Source of the DNA: an uncultured Chloroflexia bacterium
GTDB taxonomy: Bacteria; Chloroflexota; Chloroflexia; Thermomicrobiales; UBA6265
Direction of reading: 5' to 3'
DNA length: 64,000 nt
Assembly (NCBI GenBank): GCA_963724285.1
Contig: CAVRUD010000018.1
Span: forward strand, 37,173-101,172
Shown here: in pieces, positions 49,261 to 59,508 of the stretch
Position numbering within the stretch: position 1 is the first letter of the stretch
Layout: every line of letters begins with the position of its first letter
Translations under genes and position numbers: made by a program
Notes under the pieces: model-generated
What the model was told of the DNA's origin: nothing
What the model saw: only the letters and a program-made list of their open reading frames with translations
Database searches by the model: none

Positions 49261-50214
49261 ATGCAGCGATACATTCTGATGCGACTGTCCCTTGCGATCC
49301 CGACCATCCTGGGAGCCGTCACGCTTGTGTTCTTCGCGATGCAGCTGGCGCCCGGCGACCCGGCCTCCCTGTTTATCCCGCCTGACCTGCCCCCGGCGGA
49401 CAGCGCCGCGCTCGAGCAGCGGATCAACGACAAGTACGGCTTCGATGACCCGCTGCCCGTCCAGTACGGTCGCTACGTCGCGAACCTGCTGACCCTCAAC
49501 CTCGGGGAATCGCTCCGCGAGGGCACGCTGATCAGCAACGATCTCAAGGCCCGGCTGCCACACACCTTGCGGCTCGGCATCGGTGCCCTCCTCGTCTCGA
49601 CCGTCTTGGGAATCGCGCTCGGACTTGTCTCGGCCATTTTCCGGGGCACCTGGATCGACCGCATCACAATGCTGTTGGCGCTGGTCGGTGTCTCGATCCC
49701 GAGCTACTGGCTGGCGTTCTCGCTCATCCTGCTGCTCTCGATTCAGGTCAATTGGCTCCCACCGTCTGGCCTAGGGGCGACCCCACTGAGCTGGGATGGC
49801 ATCAAGCACCTCATCATGCCCGTCCTCGTCTTGTCGCTCGGGACGGCAGGGGCCCTCGCCCGCTACACCCGGGCGAGCATGCTCGACGTCATCAACCGAG
49901 ATTACGTCCGCACGGCTCGGGCCAAGGGGGTCCGGGAGCGCAGCGTCATGCTCGGTCACGCCTTCAGGAACGCACTCGTGCCCGTCGTGACGATCCTCGG
50001 GCTGAACATCGGCTTCGTCTTGAGCGGCGCCGTGATCGTCGAGACCGTCTTCGCCCTACCGGGCATCGGCCGTTACCTCGTCGACGGCGTCAACGGTCGG
50101 GATTTCCCCGTCGTCCAGGCATCGGTGCTCGTCATCGCGACCGCCTTCGTCCTCGGCAACTTGCTGACCGACATCCTGATCGCCTACCTCGACCCACGAA
50201 TCCGCTTTGAATAG
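49261..50214 (+). CDS. ABC transporter permease (DppB/OppB-like)
   Basis: The ATG at 49261 lies within ORF 49096..50214. It reads MQRYILMRLSLAIPTILGAVTLVFFAM...YVRTARAKGVRERSVMLGHAFRNALVPVVT, which includes the EAA-type loop. Confidence 0.85.
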   Translation: MQRYILMRLSLAIPTILGAVTLVFFAMQLAPGDPASLFIPPDLPPADSAALEQRINDKYGFDDPLPVQYGRYVANLLTLNLGESLREGTLISNDLKARLPHTLRLGIGALLVSTVLGIALGLVSAIFRGTWIDRITMLLALVGVSIPSYWLAFSLILLLSIQVNWLPPSGLGATPLSWDGIKHLIMPVLVLSLGTAGALARYTRASMLDVINRDYVRTARAKGVRERSVMLGHAFRNALVPVVTILGLNIGFVLSGAVIVETVFALPGIGRYLVDGVNGRDFPVVQASVLVIATAFVLGNLLTDILIAYLDPRIRFE

Positions 50215-50271
50215 TCAGCTTATCGGCCCGCGGGCAGGCGGCGGCATGACGGACGGAGACTGGGACCCGCG

Positions 50272-51198
50272 ATGACGACTGAGACCACAGTCCGGCAACC
50301 TCTCAGCGAGGCGATCCCGCGCACCTCGCGCGAGTCGCCCTTAGCAGCGGAGCCTCCCAGGAGCCGCGGCCAGCTTCGGCGCGTCATGCACGAGGTCGCC
50401 ACGAACCAGTTCGCGCTGATCGGCGCGATCTTCCTCGCGACCGTGTTCATGGTCGCGATCCTGGCACCGGTCATCGCCCCGTACGACCCACGGGAACAAA
50501 GCCTGCTCACGCGACTCGCGTCCCCGTCTTCCGAGTACTGGCTTGGCACCGACGAACTGGGCCGGGACGAATTCTCGCGGCTGGTCTGGGGAGCCAGGTA
50601 TTCACTCTTCATCGGCTTCGCCGGCACGGCGGGCGGCTTGCTGCTCGGGACGATCATCGGGCTACTGTCAGGGTTCTTCGGCGGCTGGCTCGACACCCTG
50701 ACCATGCGGATGATCGATATCATGTACGCCTTCCCCGGGATCCTGCTCGCCATCCTGATCGTCGCGATCGTCGGACCCAGCATCTTCAACCTGATCCTGG
50801 TCCTCGCGATTTGGGGCACGCCGACGCTTTCGCGGATCGTGCGTTCCTCGGTGCTGATGCTGAAATCCGAGGAGTTCGTGCAGGCGGCCACGGCAGTCGG
50901 CGCCAGCCGAACCCGGATCATTGCCCGCCACCTCCTGCCCAACTGCGTCGGCCCGATCATCGTCTACGCGACCCTCGGGTTGGCCGATGCCCTCCTGACG
51001 ACGGCCAGCCTGGGATTTCTCGGGCTGGGTGTCCAACCCCCGACGCCCGAGTGGGGCACGATGCTGAGCGTCGGCCGCAACTACCTCCGGGAAGCTCCCC
51101 ACCTGATGGTCTTCCCCGGCCTCCTGATCCTCCTGACCGTCATCTCCCTCAACCTCATCGGCGACTCGCTTCGTGACGCGCTCGATCCCCGCACGTGA
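50272..51198 (+). CDS. ABC transporter permease (DppC/OppC-like)
   Basis: An uninterrupted ORF containing ...YWLGTDELGRDEFSRLVWGARYSL...FVQAATAVGASRTRIIARHLLPNCVGPIIV... Confidence 0.85.
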   Translation: MTTETTVRQPLSEAIPRTSRESPLAAEPPRSRGQLRRVMHEVATNQFALIGAIFLATVFMVAILAPVIAPYDPREQSLLTRLASPSSEYWLGTDELGRDEFSRLVWGARYSLFIGFAGTAGGLLLGTIIGLLSGFFGGWLDTLTMRMIDIMYAFPGILLAILIVAIVGPSIFNLILVLAIWGTPTLSRIVRSSVLMLKSEEFVQAATAVGASRTRIIARHLLPNCVGPIIVYATLGLADALLTTASLGFLGLGVQPPTPEWGTMLSVGRNYLREAPHLMVFPGLLILLTVISLNLIGDSLRDALDPRT

Positions 51199-51315
51199 TG
51201 AACCGCTCAATGCGAACGGCCGCATTCGGAAAGGAGCCACCCGCCCGCGATCGCCCGTCGCCTTGGTAGTCCCGGCATTCGACCGTCCAGTCGCTCATCC
51301 AATGGAGGTCACCCC

Positions 51316-53185
51316 ATGTCAGACCACGCCAGCACCCCCACCCCCGGACGGATCCCCCTACACCGCCGCAACCTGTTCCGCGTCCTGGCCGGCGGCGCTG
51401 CCGCCGCCGGCGCGTTGGGCGGGGTTGGGTATGCCCCGTCCGCCTTCGGGCGGCAGGGCGAGCCAGGCGGCACAGCGACCATCGTTACCAACGCCAACCC
51501 GGCCTCGTGGGACCTCACCAACGCGACCTGGCCGACCTGGGAAGGGGTCAATTTCCTCTACGACCGGCTGGTGAACTTTGATGAGGAAGAGACCCTGATC
51601 CCGGGTCTGGCCCTCACCTGGGACGTGTCCGCCGACGGCCTGGAGTACACGCTCACGTTGCGCCCTGACGTCACCTTCCACGATGGCACCCCGTTCAACG
51701 CGGAGGCCGTCAAGTTCAACATTCAGCGCCATCTGGACATGCCGGACTCCACCTATTTCGCCACCTTCGAGCCGGTTACCAGCATGGAGGTCATCGACGA
51801 CCTAACGATCAAGATCGTCCTCAGTGGGCCCCGGCCCAACTTCGTTTACGATGGCCTCGCCCAGTGGGGCGCCCTCCAGGTCAGCCCGACCGCCTTCACC
51901 GAACTCGGCGACCGCTTCGGCGAGGCCCCGGTCGGGACCGGCCCATTCAAATTCTCCTCGTACGAACCTGGCGCCATGATCACCTATTCCCGCAATGAGG
52001 AGTACTGGGACGGGGCGCCCCTGCTAGAGACCGTCCAGGTCCGGATCATCCCCGAGGCCGCCGTCGCCCTGATCGAGATGGAAGCCGGGACGGTCGACGC
52101 GATCCTTGTCCAGCCCAAGGACGTCCAGGCGATGACCGACCTCGAGATGGTGATTGAGAACCGCGTCTCTCCCGGCTCCGAAATGATGAGCATCAACCTC
52201 TCGCAGTCCCCGACCGACGAACTGCTGGTCCGGCAAGGCGCTGGCCCACGCGATCGACCGGGACGCGATCATCGAGGCGGTCCTGTTCGGCTTCGCCGAG
52301 AAGTCCAACGGTGGCGTGACCAGCAATTCCCCCTTCTACAACCCCGACATCCCTCTGATCGAGTACGACCCGGAGAAGGCCGGCGCCCTCCTTGACGAAG
52401 CCGGCTGGGTCATGGGCGACGACGGTATCCGCGAGCGGGACGGCCAACCGCTGCGCCTGGCGTTGCTCTCCACTGACTTCACTGACTGGGGGCTGTTCAA
52501 TCAGATCTTCCAGGAGCAACTCCGCGTCGTTGGGATCGATACGGAGATCACGACGCTGGAGTGGAACGCGATGCTAGACCAGTGGCGTGAGAATCAGGGG
52601 CCCTGGCACATCTCCTACCACCAGCAGGGCGCGATTATTGCATCTACCAGCCCGATCCAAGCTTCTTGGGTACCAACGGACTACTGGTCGATCAACCAGA
52701 TCGACGAAGCAACCGCGCCCGACCTTATCCCCGTTCGTGAGGAACTCCAGGCCCTCGCCGACGAGTTCGACACCGAGAGCGAGCAGACCCGGCGGCTGGA
52801 GATCGCGAAGCGGGCCCAGACCCTCTTCTACGAGAACCAGCTGACCGTCTGGATGTGGCACCGCGAGACGGTCCACGCGATCCAGCCCCGGCTCAAGGAA
52901 TACCGCCTGACGCACGCCGGCCGCATCGTCGAGTTGGACAAGGCTTACGTCGAGGGCAGAGGCGCGGTGCAACCATCGTCGCGGGACGGAGGCAACGCCG
53001 CGCTGCCTGCCGCCCGGGACTCAAGTCCCGGGCTCAGTGACGGAAGTCGGTTAAACCGACTGAAAGCGTGGTCGGACATGCCTCGTCTCGTCCGCAACCT
53101 CGTCCATCAGCCGGCTAGAAGAACACGGCGTCTCGAGGTGCCAGCCGGCTTGAGCCGGCTTCCGTCACTCAGCCCGGGGTTTTGA
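51316..53185 (+). pseudogene. ABC substrate-binding protein (family 5, peptide/nickel type) with Tat-like signal; one frame disruption and a 3' end running into a repeat
   Basis: It opens HRRNLFRVLAGGAAAAGALGG, followed by family-5 SBP sequence. An extra base near 52236..52238 shifts VRQALAHAIDRDAIIEAVLFGFAE into the frame of ORF 52316..53185. The last ~65 codons (from about 52990) are encoded by the family A element. Confidence 0.75.
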
Positions 53186-53197
53186 ACCCCGGGCGGG
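53010..53197. repeat. Family A composite palindromic element
   Basis: It consists of the hairpin cccgggactcaagtcccggg, the arm ctcagtgacggaag, the hairpin tcggttaaaccga, then the hairpin gccggcttgagccggc, the arm cttccgtcactcag and the hairpin cccggggttttgaaccccggg. Confidence 0.75.
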
Positions 53198-53203
53198 GCC
53201 GGG

Positions 53204-53392
53204 GGTGTGCCCCATCGTTGTGCATGGCGACGAGGTCGGTCGCCCGTCCGGCGTAGGGGAGGGTCCTGTGCCCTCCCGATGCCCGACAGGAGGGCATACC
53301 CGCGTTCCCATCGACGGCGTTCCGGCCCGGCGGCCGTGGGAGGGCACCGGACCCTCCCCTACGACGACCGGCGCAACACCGTGGGGCACACC
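53204..53392. repeat. Family C MITE-like element, copy 2 (intact 11-bp terminal inverted repeats)
   Basis: The ends are GGTGTGCCCCA (53204..53214) and TGGGGCACACC (53382..53392). The internal inverted repeats are aggggagggtcctgtgccctccc and gggagggcaccggaccctcccct. It is similar along its length to 18036..18234. Confidence 0.75.
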
Positions 53393-53516
53393 CCGGAGCG
53401 CCACGGGTTCGACGCCGAGAACCACCAGATTATCTCCGCAACCTCTATCATCCCCGGGCGGCAGCGGCGCCAGCGCCAACCGTTTCGCAACGCGCTCTCG
53501 TGGAGAAGACCACATC

Positions 53517-55839
53517 GTGCCCAGTCCTAGCGGCACCCAGCCCGCACTCAACCAAACCTTGCCAGCCGAACGCTACGCCCGCGCCGAGCGATTCCTCCCC
53601 TGGAACGCCGCCCAGCTCACCTTCGGCATGGGGATCGATCCCCAATGGATCGACGGCGGCGATGGCTTCTGGTTCCGGAGCGAGACCGCCGAGGGGCCCC
53701 GCTACCGGCGGGTCGATCCGGATGCAACCACCGTACGCCCCGCATTCGACCACGTCCGGCTCGCCGCGGCGCTCAGCCGAGCGATGTCGGCGCCCGTGGA
53801 CCCCGACCGTTTGGATCTCCATGACCTCACATTCCAGCAAGACCCGGAGCGCGTAACGTTCTCCTCCGGAGGCCGTTCCTGGTCCTACGCCGTGGGCGAC
53901 GACACCTGCGCGCCAGGTGAGTCAACGCCGGCACCCGACCCCGACGTCGTGCGCTCGCCCGACGGCCGGTGGGAGGCGTTCGTTCGGGACAATGACCTCT
54001 GGCTACGCGCTGTTCCCGATGGCACCGAGCGGCGGTTGACCGATGACGGACAGCCGGGATACGCCTACGGCACGACGCTGGGGTCGCCCCTGGCCTCGGC
54101 CGGGCTGGCGGAGCCCGATCCCCCGGTCGTCCACTGGTCGCCGGACAGCAGCCGATTCCTGAGCTGCCGGATCGACGAGCGCCCCGCGAAGTACCTGCAC
54201 CTCGTCCAGTCGGTCCCAAAAGACGGCACCACTCGCCCCCGTCTGCACTCCTACGCCTACCCGCTGCCCGGCGACGCCGAGGTCCCGCTCACGGAGGTCT
54301 GGTGCTTTTCGGTCGACGGCGATGCCGGTGTCAAGGTCCAGCGGCCCCCGCTGCCGACGATGTACTACGGCGCACCGTTCGAGGACTCCTCGTTGTGGTG
54401 GACCGCCGACGGATCGCAACTCTTCCTGCTCCTCCGCGAGCGTGGTGGGCGCAGCTATGAGCTGATCGCCATCGACACGTCGACCGGCGCAGCCAGGAGC
54501 GTCGTTACCGAGCGAACCGACCGCGGCATCGACCCGTTCCTCTACTGGGCCGACGTCAATGTCCGCGTCATCGGAGATGGGTCTCAGGTCATCTGGTACG
54601 CCCAGCGTGATGGCTGGGGCCACCTCTATCTTGTCGATGCCACGACCGGTGCGGAGATCCGGCAACTAACCTCTGGCGCCTTCAACGTCTCGCGGATCGC
54701 CCACGTCGACTGAGGACGGTCGCTGGTTGGCGTTCATGGCGGTCGGCCGCGAACCGGACCGCGATCCGTACCTGAACCACCTCTATCGAGTCGGCCTCGA
54801 TGGGGGCGAGCCGGAACTCCTGACGCCGGAGGACGCAGACCACACCGTCCGGTTCTCACCGACGGGCACCCGCTTCGTCGACATCTTCTCCCGCACCGAT
54901 ACCCCACCGGTCGCGCACCTGCGCTCGGCCACCGGCGAACTGATCATGGAGATCGAGCGGGCCGACATCACGCCACTTCTGGCAACGGGTTGGACCGCGC
55001 CGGAGCGATTCACGGCCAAAGCGCGCGACGGCATCACCGACGTCTACGGCGTCGTCGTCCGGCCGTCCGGGTTCGATCCCGGTGGCAGCTACCCCGTGAT
55101 CGACTATATCTACGGCGGGCCGCAGGTGAACGTCGCGCCGACGACGTTCACCGACGCGACCCCGTTCACGGACCCTTTCCGGGCAGGACGCGGCTCCGGC
55201 TTCTGGCAGGCCCAGGCGATCGCCGAACTCGGCTTCGTGGTCGTCATGGTCGATGGCCTTGGGATGCCGGGCCGCTCGCGCGCCTACCACGGCGTGAGCT
55301 ACCGCAACCTTGGCGACGCCGGCCTGCCCGACCACATCGCGGCAATCCGCCAACTCGGCGACCGCGAGCCCGCCCTCGACCTCAGCCGGGTCGGGATCTA
55401 CGGCCACTCGGCGGGCGGCTACGCCTCCGCCCACGCCATCCTGGCCTACCCCGATTTCTACCGGGTCTGCGTCTCCTCCGCCGGCAACCACGACCACCGG
55501 CTCGACAAGGCCAGCTGGGTCGAGCGGTACATGAGTCCAGAGGTCGGCCCGCACTACGACGAGCAGGCGAATCGCAGCCTGGCGGCCAATCTCGTCGGGA
55601 AACTCCTTCTCGTCCACGGCGAGATGGACGAGAACGTCCACCCCGCCTCCACCCTGGCCTTCGTCGACGCCCTGATCAAGGCCAACCGGGACTTCGAACT
55701 CTTGATCGTCCCGAACCGACCCCACCGGCTGGACAACGACCCCTACTTCCTGCGCCGCCGCTGGGACTACTTCGTCCGTCACCTGCTCGGCCTGGAGCCG
55801 CCGGCTGGCTACCGGATCGCGGAACCGCCGGGCGGATAA
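53517..55839 (+). pseudogene. S9-family serine peptidase (DPP IV N-terminal region + prolyl oligopeptidase domain), one frame disruption
   Basis: The GTG at 53517 follows GGAG. The TGA at 54711..54713 arises where gac-t-gaggac needs one base removed to read IAHVDEDGRWLAFMAVGREPDRDPY. The downstream frame (ORF 54727..55839) has the nucleophile motif GHSAGG and HGEMDENV. Confidence 0.8.
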
Positions 55840-55886
55840 GACGGTGATGCGAACGAGGATGGGTGAGAGTGCCGTGCGAAAAGCTG

Positions 55887-56127
55887 ACGCCGTGTCGGCG
55901 TCGCCCGGTGGATATGGTCCATGCCGCGCAGGCGCCGCCCGGTAGATACGGTCAATGCCGTCCCGGCGTCGCCCGGGGCTCAAGACCCCGGGCTACATTT
56001 ACGAACCCGGCTGAAGCCGGCTGCCCCCGTCTCGAGCGGCGGAGAGATCCGATCACCGCCCCGGCGTCGCAGCCCCCTTCAGGGGGGTTATCGGGGTCAG
56101 CCCGGGGTCTTTAGCTCCCGGCGACGG
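55887..56127. repeat. Three tandem ~33-bp units followed by a family A composite palindromic element
   Basis: The tandem units are gccgtgtcggcgtcgcccggtggatatggtccat, gccgcgcaggcgccgcccggtagatacggtcaat and gccgtcccggcgtcgcccgggg... They are followed by the hairpins cccggggctcaagaccccggg, cccggctgaagccgg, cccccttcagggggg and cccggggtctttagctcccgg. Confidence 0.7.
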
Positions 56128-56203
56128 GGAGGCCGGATCACCGTTTTCCAACATGACTCTAACCCGCTCCATCCAACCGCCTTCGCCCAAGGAGAATCGC
56201 CCT

Positions 56204-57223
56204 ATGCCCACCTTCGACAAACCGATCCCCCGTGAGACGACGATCGCGGCGGTGTCGATGCACTGCAGCCACGACGTCGCCGCGAACTGGGCCACGTACG
56301 AGGCATTCATCGAGGAGGCCGCTCACCAGGGCGTCACCTACCTCGTGTTCCCCGAGGTCTCGCTGCAGGGCTACCTTCTCGCCTCAGGCGGCCTCGGCTC
56401 GGCCGAGATGAACGAGCAGATCGACTACTTCCGGGCAACCGCCGAGACGATCCCCGGGCCGACAACCCGGAAGCTCCAACTGCTTGCCAAACGGCACGGG
56501 ATGCTGATCCAGGCGGGTATGGCCGAGCGAGTGATGGACGGCAACATCGTCTACAACAGCGCGGTCCTCGTCGACGGTTCGGGCGTGCTTGGGGTATTCC
56601 GCAAGCTCCACAACCAGTTCGAGTGGCCGGTTTTCAGCCCCGGAAATCACCTGGATGTCTTCCCGACTCCGCTTGGCAAGGTCGGCATGTTCATCTGCTA
56701 CGACCTGGCATTTCCAGAGGTCACACGGGAGTTTGCCCTCAAGGGAGCGAAGATCGCGGCGCTCACCACCGCCTGGCCGATGAAGGGTGACGACCCCGAG
56801 ACAGACTACTATGGCTATACCTACGACCTCTTCAGCCGCTCCAGCGCCCTGGCCAACCAGATGTGGTTGATCTGCTCCAACCAGGTCAAGCGGCCGGCGA
56901 CGCCCGGTGCGGCGAACTACTACGGCCACAGCCGCATTGTCGGGCCCAACGGCAAGATCCTCGCCGACACGGGATACGCCGAAGGCCTCGCCGTCGCGAC
57001 CGTCGACATCGATGCCGGGCTCGAGCGCGCCCGCACCCGCGAGTTCTTCGGGCTCAACCTGCTCCAGGACCGCCGCCCAGCCTACTACCGTTCGCATAGC
57101 AGCCAGGAGATCTATTACGGGCCGGATTCGGTCGCCCCGTTGGTGGGGGATAGCTCAGCCAATCGGGAAGTGCCGGTGGGTCTCGCCATGAAGAGCGCGC
57201 GGGGCACATCGGATAAGGTGTGA
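56204..57223 (+). CDS. Carbon-nitrogen hydrolase (nitrilase superfamily) protein
   Basis: The ATG at 56204 follows AAGGAG. The catalytic-triad contexts LVFPEVSL, FRKLH and MFICYDLAFPE are present. Confidence 0.85.
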   Translation: MPTFDKPIPRETTIAAVSMHCSHDVAANWATYEAFIEEAAHQGVTYLVFPEVSLQGYLLASGGLGSAEMNEQIDYFRATAETIPGPTTRKLQLLAKRHGMLIQAGMAERVMDGNIVYNSAVLVDGSGVLGVFRKLHNQFEWPVFSPGNHLDVFPTPLGKVGMFICYDLAFPEVTREFALKGAKIAALTTAWPMKGDDPETDYYGYTYDLFSRSSALANQMWLICSNQVKRPATPGAANYYGHSRIVGPNGKILADTGYAEGLAVATVDIDAGLERARTREFFGLNLLQDRRPAYYRSHSSQEIYYGPDSVAPLVGDSSANREVPVGLAMKSARGTSDKV

Positions 57224-57332
57224 CCCAGGGCCGCAATCCATGCGGCCCTCGTAGTCCATCATGGCCGGTATTGCCAGCCGCACCCCCCTGCCGGACAATC
57301 CCCGCACGCGCGGCATAGGAGGGCGCACACGC

Positions 57333-58190
57333 ATGGCTACGGAGCATCACCCCCTACGATTCAGCCTCGTCCTTGGGCAGCGCGCCACCTGGCCGGACCT
57401 GATGGCCCGGGCACAGGAGGCCGAGGCCCTCGGCTTCGACGGCCTCAACGTCGTCGACCACTTCTACGGCCTGAAAGACGTGATGGACCCCACCCACGAG
57501 GCGTGGACGATCCTGGCCGGGTTCGCGACCGTCACGCAACGTATCCGCCTCGGGGTGATGGTCTGCGGCAACACCTACCGCAACCCGGCCTTCCTCCTCA
57601 AACAGGCGGTCACGGTCGACCACATGTCCGGTGGCCGGGTCGATTTCGGCGTGGGCGCCGGCTGGCTGGAGCGCGAGCACGAGGCCTACGGGTGGGAACT
57701 GCCTTCCCCCGGCGAGCGGGTCGACCGCTTCGCCGAGGCGCTGGAGATCTGGGATCTGCTCCAGACGGAGGAGCGCACCACCTACGACGGCCGCTTCTAC
57801 CAAATCCTGGACGCCCCCTTCGAGCCGAAGCCGCTCCAGCGGCCCCGAATGCCGGTCCTGATCGGCGCGTCCGCCCCCCGGATGCTCCGCCTGACCGCCA
57901 AACACGCCGACATCTGGAACGCCCGCGGCACCCCGGAGGAGGCTGGCGCCGGCAACCGCGCCCTCGACTCCGCCTGCGACGCCATCGGCCGGCCCCGCGG
58001 AGAGATCATGCGCGGCATCAGCCCTGCCCGCAACTTCCTCTCGTCCGTGGATGCCTTCGCCGAGAACGTCGCCGCCTACCGGGCCGAGGGAATCACCGAC
58101 TTCCAGATCCCCTGGCCACGGGTGCCGGAAGAACTGCCGGTCTTACGCCAGGTCGCCCGGGACGTGATCCCGCGGTTGCGGAACGGGTGA
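57333..58190 (+). CDS. LLM-class (luciferase-like) flavin/F420-dependent oxidoreductase
   Basis: The ATG at 57333 follows AGGAGGG. It contains FDGLNVVDHFYG...RIRLGVMVCGNTYRNPAFLLKQAVTVDHMSGGRVDFGVGAGW. Confidence 0.85.
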   Translation: MATEHHPLRFSLVLGQRATWPDLMARAQEAEALGFDGLNVVDHFYGLKDVMDPTHEAWTILAGFATVTQRIRLGVMVCGNTYRNPAFLLKQAVTVDHMSGGRVDFGVGAGWLEREHEAYGWELPSPGERVDRFAEALEIWDLLQTEERTTYDGRFYQILDAPFEPKPLQRPRMPVLIGASAPRMLRLTAKHADIWNARGTPEEAGAGNRALDSACDAIGRPRGEIMRGISPARNFLSSVDAFAENVAAYRAEGITDFQIPWPRVPEELPVLRQVARDVIPRLRNG

Positions 58191-58203
58191 TAACTCCGTA
58201 GTC

Positions 58204-58509
58204 CCCCGGCCCCCTTCTCCCGATGCGGCAGGGGAAAGGAGGAGACGCGGCGGCCTCGTCACACGCCTGTAGGGGCGCATCCCATGCGCCCTTCCCGCCT
58301 GGGCGGGGCCACGCGCCTGCCACCCCGATCCGGGGACGTGCGGTCGGTACCCCGCCTGCCCAACGGTATGACGCGGTTGGCAGCCGGGCGCATGCCATGC
58401 GCCCCTACAGATCAACGGCGCCTCGTCTCCCCCTTCCCCCTGCCGCGGCGGGGGAAGGGGGTTGGGGGGTTAGGAGGCTTTCGGGGGTAGGGGTGAGGTC
58501 CTTCTCTCC
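58204..58509. repeat. Composite of family B outer hairpins around an inverted pair of family D hairpins
   Basis: The outer parts are ccccttctcccgatgcggcaggggaaagg and cccccttccccctgccgcggcgggggaagggggttggggggttagg...gtaggggtgaggtcc. The inner parts are ctgtaggggcgcatcccatgcgccc (58267..) and gggcgcatgccatgcgcccctacag (..58410). Confidence 0.7.
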
Positions 58510-58524
58510 GGCTTCTCCCCCATA

Positions 58525-59508
58525 TCAAACGATGCGTCGGGTGACCCACCAGGCGGTGAGACCGAGGAGGGCGGCGGTGAGGCCGAGAAAGATGCCGGTT
58601 TCGATGAACTGGAAGGTCCAGAAGCGGTCGGCGGGGTGGTAGACGACCGAGTTCACGATGCCCTGCTCGGCGAGGCAGGAGTCGACCGCACCTCCCACCT
58701 TGTCCCCCGCCTCAATCACGCAGTCACGGAACGCTGCGTTGCCACCCGAGATGACGTTGCCCGCGGAGTCGGCATAGTTGTCGCGGATGATCCAATCCCT
58801 GTTTGCGATCTGTTGGGACTCAGCCGCGGCCGGGACCGGGTCGCCGGGGCTCCAGGTGAGCGTCTTTGGATCGAGATAGTTCGGCCGCATGACCCCCGCG
58901 ACGAAGGCGCGGATCCCCAGGAAGCCGGCGAGACCGATCCCCAGCGCCGGGATTGTGCGCCGAAGGATGGTGCCCGCGGCCAGGCAGAGGGCGAAGGCGA
59001 AGATGGTGTAGGCGGTGGGGACGATGCCCTCGAAATCGAAGCCGCCTCCGTCGAAACGCCCGTTGATGGCGTCGAGGGGGCCGCGCCACCACGTCCAGAG
59101 CGCGGTCATCCCGACGGAGACACCGGCCGAGACCGCCAGCCCGACCCCGATCTTCGTCGCCAGCCAGCGACGGCGGGTGATGCCCTGGGTCCAGGCGAGG
59201 CGGTAGGTGCCCTGCTCGAAGTCCAGCACCGTCGGCGCGGCCAGCAGCAGGCCGATCAGGAAGGGCAGGCATAGGGGCGGCACGATCTTGATGCCCCGGA
59301 AGTCGTTGAATCTCTGCACGAAGTCGCCGAGGGCGATCCGGCAGGCCTGGTCGGGAGTCTGGGCGGCGAGGCAGGCCGCCAGACCTTGGTCATCGTAGGC
59401 GGAGGTCATCTCCAGGCCGGTCCAGACCAGCCAGGCGGCGACGAGAGCGAGGGCGACGCCACCGATCAGCGACTCCAGTCGCGATTGGCGCCAGGTGAGC
59501 CAGATCAT
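58525..59508 (-). CDS. ABC-2-type transporter permease
   Basis: A 327-aa ORF with multiple TM segments. Its ATG overlaps the stop of the upstream ATPase gene by 4 nt. Confidence 0.7.
   Translation of the reverse strand: MIWLTWRQSRLESLIGGVALALVAAWLVWTGLEMTSAYDDQGLAACLAAQTPDQACRIALGDFVQRFNDFRGIKIVPPLCLPFLIGLLLAAPTVLDFEQGTYRLAWTQGITRRRWLATKIGVGLAVSAGVSVGMTALWTWWRGPLDAINGRFDGGGFDFEGIVPTAYTIFAFALCLAAGTILRRTIPALGIGLAGFLGIRAFVAGVMRPNYLDPKTLTWSPGDPVPAAAESQQIANRDWIIRDNYADSAGNVISGGNAAFRDCVIEAGDKVGGAVDSCLAEQGIVNSVVYHPADRFWTFQFIETGIFLGLTAALLGLTAWWVTRRIV

Noticed and set aside
55887-56127. A CRISPR array among the many short palindromic repeats.
   Set aside because: The repeats are not regularly spaced direct repeats separated by unique spacers. 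They are inverted or nested palindromes and short tandem duplications, and no cas genes are present.
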